Positions 1 to 64,000 of a stretch of 64,000 nt of DNA are shown in pieces; position 1 is the first letter of the stretch; each line of letters starts with the position of its first letter. The position numbers and the translations under genes were made by a program. The notes under the pieces are model-generated. The model saw only the letters and a program-made list of their open reading frames with translations. It had not been told where the DNA came from and ran no database searches. Location: NCBI GenBank assembly GCA_040954595.2, contig CM082577.2, positions 20,062,303-20,126,302 of the forward strand. Reading direction: 5' to 3'. Origin of the DNA: Balanoglossus misakiensis (lineage: Eukaryota > Animalia > Hemichordata).

Positions 1-47434
<47,434 letters not shown>

Positions 47435-49720
47435 AAAAATAGTTCTCACTAAGTCAACAATTTTGTGGAATAATGACTTAAAATATCTTTTAACAGCATT
47501 CTGGGGTTCTTTTTCACTGAAAACTAAACATAAAATGTATTTTGATGATGCAAAAATTAAATTAACTTACCATTGGGGTAAAATGAAACAATTCCAAATT
47601 AAACGCATAAACCGTTTTTGTTCGCAGAGGTGTGCCTGCCAGAAATTGTCAATATTAACAAATTCATTGTTTGAACATATTTCACTTTATTGAAGTGCAC
47701 CCACAAGCATTCTACTCGAGATATTCCTTGTAAAACATTTATGACATTTCCTAAATACAATGTCTAGTTATTTCCATAATTTTTATTTTCTATTTGGTTT
47801 TAATTCTGAACAAATTAATGGAGAAGTCTGCACTCTCTTTTCTCTGTGTATGATTTTTGTGTCTTGTCACTTTCTGCACAAGTCAAGACATCAATGACAT
47901 TCCAAGATGGAGTCTACCAGTAACTATGTTGAGTGTCAAAAATAGCTGCTTTCATTTTCGTTTGGAATAGGAAGTTAATAGTGATAGAACAATGAATGTC
48001 AGTTTAAAAAAATAACTTCAACTTTATTATCACTGATATTGATCCCCATGCAGTAGGCATATTGAAGGTATGCAAGCTGATTTTATCAAATGTAAAAATG
48101 GTTGCAACAGATGAAACGCCAAAGTTGAAAGCAGGCTCACATTTTTGACATTGAACAGTACATCCATTTTGAGTGTGACCATAGCCTTGTTGTAATGTCT
48201 TCTGTGGATGGTGTCCTTTTGGACACTTCATTTCATTTGATCTCCATCAGTTCCCTCTTAAGAGATTCAACCTTACCATAAAAAACAATGGATTTGGATT
48301 GAACCATAGTGGTGAAAGGGTTACTGTTCAAATGTCAACCATTTGCATTATGTGCATTTAATTGATACTATTTGCACTCTTTCCAAAATGTACACATTTC
48401 AAAACTGCTATATAACGAAGTTTTATTACAAAATATAACATTTTCAAAACAGTGTTTCCTTTATGTACCCAACTTATCAAAAGCCCCACCTTGAGAAACA
48501 AACCAATAGATCTAGAAAACTTTGCCCTGTGATTTTTTTTTCAATACTTTAACAGTGCCTTGATGTTTTATACATGTACAAGTTTTTTCAACAGTTTCTC
48601 TCCTTGAAATTAACCACTTCAACTGGTGAATATTCCTTCATATCTTATATCAGTGCCAAGACATGCAAATTTCCATTATACTTTCATCAAGTAAAACGCT
48701 TGTACATGTAATATAAATGTAATCTGACAAATTACAATGTCTACTTTCAAATCTGTCAGTACAGCATCCCAACTTATCTCAGACCAAATCTTCAGTTCTT
48801 TGCAGAAACACCGGAACAATCTCTGCTCTTTTAGCAATAATGTAAAATCAAGAACTCATAAAACACATTCATCTAAGTTTTGGTATTACTTTATATCATG
48901 CTGAGTATCATATGGAAAATCATTATAAATGCATGTTTTCAATTTGTACTGGGGATACATTTTATATCTGCAAAATTGTGAAAACTGCTGGTTGCAGAAT
49001 TTTTTTCGTTAAATGTATGATTAGCATTGATAAATACAATAATTGTATATAATATTTTTCTAGTTTTTGAAGCCAGACCCATACTGTAATAATAATTTGT
49101 ATGTTGATTTTCCATTCATGACTGGTATTTTGTTGCCAAGGTCATTTGACTAGAGAAGACTCCCTACCCAGAGCATGTTATGCAGATACCAAGTGCAAAA
49201 TGACTTGCATGGTTGTTAAAAGTTAAATATATATATTCACTGTTTGTTTAAAGTTCTGTTGTAAGTGGTAGCGCATCTCTCGTTTATGATTGATTATCCA
49301 AAGTAAGAGTGTTCCTCAAAAAGCATTACTTTCAGTGAATCATTTACAAGTATGGTGTGTGCATTTATAAGAATAGGGAGTCTTTCTACAAATTTGTGAC
49401 ATGCTGGGTGTTCATCTATTTTTCTCAAATCTGTATCATGCCTATTTTAATAAACACATGCTAATTGACATAAACAGGAGGGAAAATTTGTCATATTATC
49501 AATTTTCACTTGATTTGTAGTGTACTTATGCAACTTGTTTGAAATGATTTGTATATTTTCTGTAAGTCACATGTAAGGAAATTTGATGCCACTTTGGGTT
49601 TCTCATCTGCCGTATTGACCAAAGTGTATTGATGATATAGACTTCCTAATACTCTATATTGGTTGGAGCTGTATTTATACGACATATTCTAAATAAAAAT
49701 TTAAACACTATTGCTCAGTG
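47435..49720 (+). other. Probable 3' UTR of gene 1 (about 2.3 kb) with candidate poly(A) signals
   Basis: AT-rich, no EGF-type exons; AATAAA at 49449-49454 and 49692-49697, the latter followed by a GT-rich stretch. Confidence 0.5.
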
Positions 49721-49756
49721 GTGTTCAGATAGACTCATTTCACTCTTAATAATTAA

Positions 49757-50250
49757 AAGCCCCATGAGCCTGCAACTCAAAAAGAAATTTGAGCTTTTAA
49801 ATAATCTTGGATATGCTTTTAGTTCTGTCTATTAAATGGTGTTGCCTGATAGTATATCGAGAAATTAAACATTCAGTTACGACAAAATGGCCAAAAAATA
49901 AAAATAAATATCAGTACAGTTGAAAAAAAAGTGAAATATTGCAATAAAAAATAAAAATCTAATGTCTCGGTGAGGTACATTTACTTCCATGTGTTCTACT
50001 GGATGAGATCATGCTTTGTTTATGAAGTTTTAAAGTGAGAAACGCAATGTTTTCATTGTATTTTACTACAGTGACGGCCATTTTTCTTTGCGGCAAAGCT
50101 TTATTATTTATCTAGTTAAAATTTGCATGCACTCATACTCAGGGTTTATAATACATGTATACTTTAGTGCATACATCTGTATGGGCTAATGTTAGTACAG
50201 TTTGAAAATAAATTTCATCATAATTTCCTAAAAGTTACAGCTCATAGGCT
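49757..50250. mobile_element. Kolobok-like TTAA MITE
   Basis: TTAA|AAGCCCCATGAGCCTGCAAC ... GTTACAGCTCATAGGCT|TTAA; homologous to 30663-31381. Confidence 0.78.
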
Positions 50251-51799
50251 TTAACACTTGTACCCAACTTCCCTCTTTAGAAGTCCAACTTTACCATAGG
50301 AAAAAATGGGGTTGGACTGAACCATTGCGGTGAAAGGGTAAAAAAAACACCATGACTGACACCACTAAGACTTTTCGTTGATCAAGGTTTACTTCATTGG
50401 GGCTAATTAGCATATCCCCTCCCCCGGCAGAACAGTTGCGTTTCCACATCTAATATTGGCCTAAATAAGTCACAATATTTAAACGTCAAAATGCATCTTC
50501 TTTCTGGGGCTCAAAATGCATTTTCTTTCTTGGGCCCTCTATCATACTCGAAACAGATATTGACATGCAGATATGCAAAAACGCACTTTCAAGTGTTCTA
50601 AGTGGGGGAAAACTGAAATCATGAAGAAGGTAGATGTCCGTCCAAACAAAAAATCCTGAGACTGGTATTCTACTAGTCCTCTTGATCCAAACAGTGTTAA
50701 TTTGAAATGTACATATTTATTTCGTGTTTAATCAGTTTATTATTTCAATCCCTTAAATGTTGAGCAAATGCATTTTACAATCATAGGTGCCAAGTAAATG
50801 GAAAATTGCTTACAAATAGTGTACGTAAACGCCAATTCTAGAAAAGCCCCCCCCCCCCCCCCTCTCGAAAAAGAGCAGTAAATATAAACTTACACTCTTT
50901 TTGGCGACTGTTTCTAATTCTATGAAAACAAACAATGTCACATGCTGACAGAAGGTACACGCTAAAAACAAGAAGCTATTTTCTGGGTTATTTTATTTAC
51001 TTGATACATTTCCTCAAAATTGGTGCCGATTTACTAACTTGTGTGAAGTGAACTTGATAAGTCGTGAAAATGCTCATTCATTATCGGACCAACGTTTCTA
51101 TTTTAAAGTTAGGAAATGTTGTTATTTAACGGATTTATACGGATTAGACAGTGGGAATTGCAGCAAGCCCCACCCCTCTAATATAGTAGACTCTACCTTA
51201 GAAGCACGGTTAGAAGTTAGGCGATATTATCGATTTTATCTGATAAAACGGTATGTCCCCAACCCCCCTCTCTATAATTTTAGACCGAAACTCATCCAAG
51301 CTGGCAAGCACTGAAACATACGAAAGGTATTATGAGTAAAATCATAGCCCAAAAACCAACCTAGTGTTTACAATCATGAGGTGACAGTTCGATTATGCCG
51401 AGCACGCGAATAAACGGTTTTTACCGAATGCATTATAATTTATTAATATTTAATGACATGCGTAACGACGAAACTAACACGCCCAACAGTCTACCACGCC
51501 AACACTGTACAGATATTTCACGCCATGCGACAGTCCCGACTCATCTCGATGACATGCAATCGGGAGATGTTTCATCTTTCATCAATTGTTTTCTTCCTAT
51601 CATCTACACAATCATGAAACTCGCTCAGATAGACTAAACAAACAAACATTGAGCTTTAATACTACATGTACATGTGTAATAATAGCCTGGCAAGCTAGAC
51701 TAGGCTTACATGGTAAACCCCATGACAACGATGACCGCTATCAGAATGTTTTATAGAGACCCCTTATCATTACATCGTGTTTTGTTGCTGTTCGCTTAC

Positions 51800-52302
51800 A
51801 ATTATAACTGGTTAGAGATATTTTACCGTAGACGTGAATGGCCAGCAGAGCAGAGCAGTGCATTGCGGTGTGTATGCAATATTTGCATCACAACAGTGAA
51901 AGCGGTTGATATGCAAATCAGATAGTGCTTTGTAGTTTAGCTTGTAACAATAGACGCGACCCGTACAAAGCAAACCTGATGCGTGGCCCGACAATCGACG
52001 CTTTAACCGTCGCGAAAATTTTCAGGATATACCATTCTTACTATAATGGATTTCTTGTGGTAGTGTAAATGTCTATTGAAAAGACATACTAGTATTCATC
52101 ACGTGGAAATATCGCGAACAGGTAACCTGAAGAGGCAGGCTGGCCGTTTGCTAACAACACTTTCCGTATTGGATACTACCTGTTTGGTTACCGTTGAAAA
52201 GCGAAAGTGTTTTGTTTCAGGAAAACCTGAATTGGTGAATATTTAAAGGCCGCTCTCCCCAGAAGCTGATATATTTAATTTATATCGCTTAGCAAGCTAC
52301 AG
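51800..52302 (+). promoter_or_regulatory. Putative promoter/5' UTR of gene 2
   Basis: CpG-retaining region just upstream of the ATG; TATTTAAA at 52240-52247; reverse CCAAT (ATTGG) at 52168-52172 and 52231-52235. Confidence 0.35.
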
Positions 52303-63303
<11,001 letters not shown>

Positions 63304-63408
63304 GTATGTAGACATTGTGTGCACCTCTTGATTTACTGGTAAACACACTTGCACGTTGACAGTATTACCACAAGACACTAATGACCTGATGAAATGGCTA
63401 TTCTTCTA

Positions 63409-64000
63409 TTCATTCCCTGTTGACAGCTCTGTTACCCTATCCCCTGTTTATGCCTTCTTTTACCTCATTCCTGGTTGATGGCAACTTTCACCTCATTCCC
63501 TGTTGATGGCTTATTTTCACCTCATTCCCTGTTGACAGCTCTGTTACCCTATCCCCTGTTTATGCCTTCTTTTACCTCATTTCTGGTTGATGGCAACTTT
63601 CACCTCATCCCTGTTGATGGCTTATTTTCACCTCATTCCCTGTTGACAGCTCTGTTACCCTATCCCCTGTTTATGCCTTCTTTTACCTCATTCCTGGTTG
63701 ATGGCAACTTTCACCTCATTCCCTGTTGATGGCTTATTTTCACCTCATTCCCTGTTGACAGCTCTGTTACCCTATCCCCTGTTTATGCCTTCTTTTACCT
63801 CATTCCTGGTTGATGGCAACTTTCACCTCATTCCCTGTTGATGGCTTATTTTCACCTCATTCCCTGTTGACAGCTCTGTTACCCTATCCCCTGTTTATGC
63901 CTTCTTTTACCTCATTCCTGGTTGATGGCAACTTTCACCTCATTCCCTGTTGATGGCTAATTCACCTCATTCCCTGTTGACAGCTCTGTTACCCTATCCC
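63409..64000. repeat. Minisatellite, 112-bp unit, over 5 copies, runs off the window
   Basis: GACAGCTCTG recurs at 63422, 63534, 63645, 63757, 63869, 63979. Confidence 0.96.

Noticed and set aside
52122-52302. Possible 5' UTR intron (CAG|GTAACC ... CTACAG|ATG)
   Set aside because: Weak polypyrimidine tract and no transcript evidence; cannot be distinguished from promoter sequence
63475-63729. 84-aa repetitive ORF
   Set aside because: Translation of the 112-bp minisatellite; unit length is not a multiple of three

Overview
Eukaryotic, AT-rich, intron-dense genomic DNA, most likely an invertebrate deuterostome (hemichordate or echinoderm; inferred from fibropellin-type CUB/EGF sequences). It holds two tandem + strand genes of the fibropellin-like CUB/calcium-binding-EGF family. 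Gene 1 (5'-partial, 1..47434, 55 coding exons traced by hand through GT-AG sites, 7479 nt, 2492 aa plus stop) reads CUB - 48 EGF - CUB - 8 EGF - single TM helix - 85-aa tail containing YGFI and YENP motifs and a C-terminal PDZ ligand (-THL). It therefore looks like a giant membrane-anchored fibropellin relative, lacking the avidin domain and the hallmarks of Notch, Delta or Crumbs. Gene 2 (52303..>63303, 3'-partial) starts with the classical fibropellin order signal peptide - EGF - CUB - EGF(n). The introns contain many non-autonomous DNA transposons (TTAA/Kolobok-like, Harbinger-like, MULE-like, P-like, Tc1/mariner-like, piggyBac-like), some nested. They also contain a family of asymmetric double-hairpin elements with conserved mismatches, a LINE remnant, a 5x237-bp tandem array, a 112-bp higher-order minisatellite and microsatellites. 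All coordinates were read by eye and no database searches were run.
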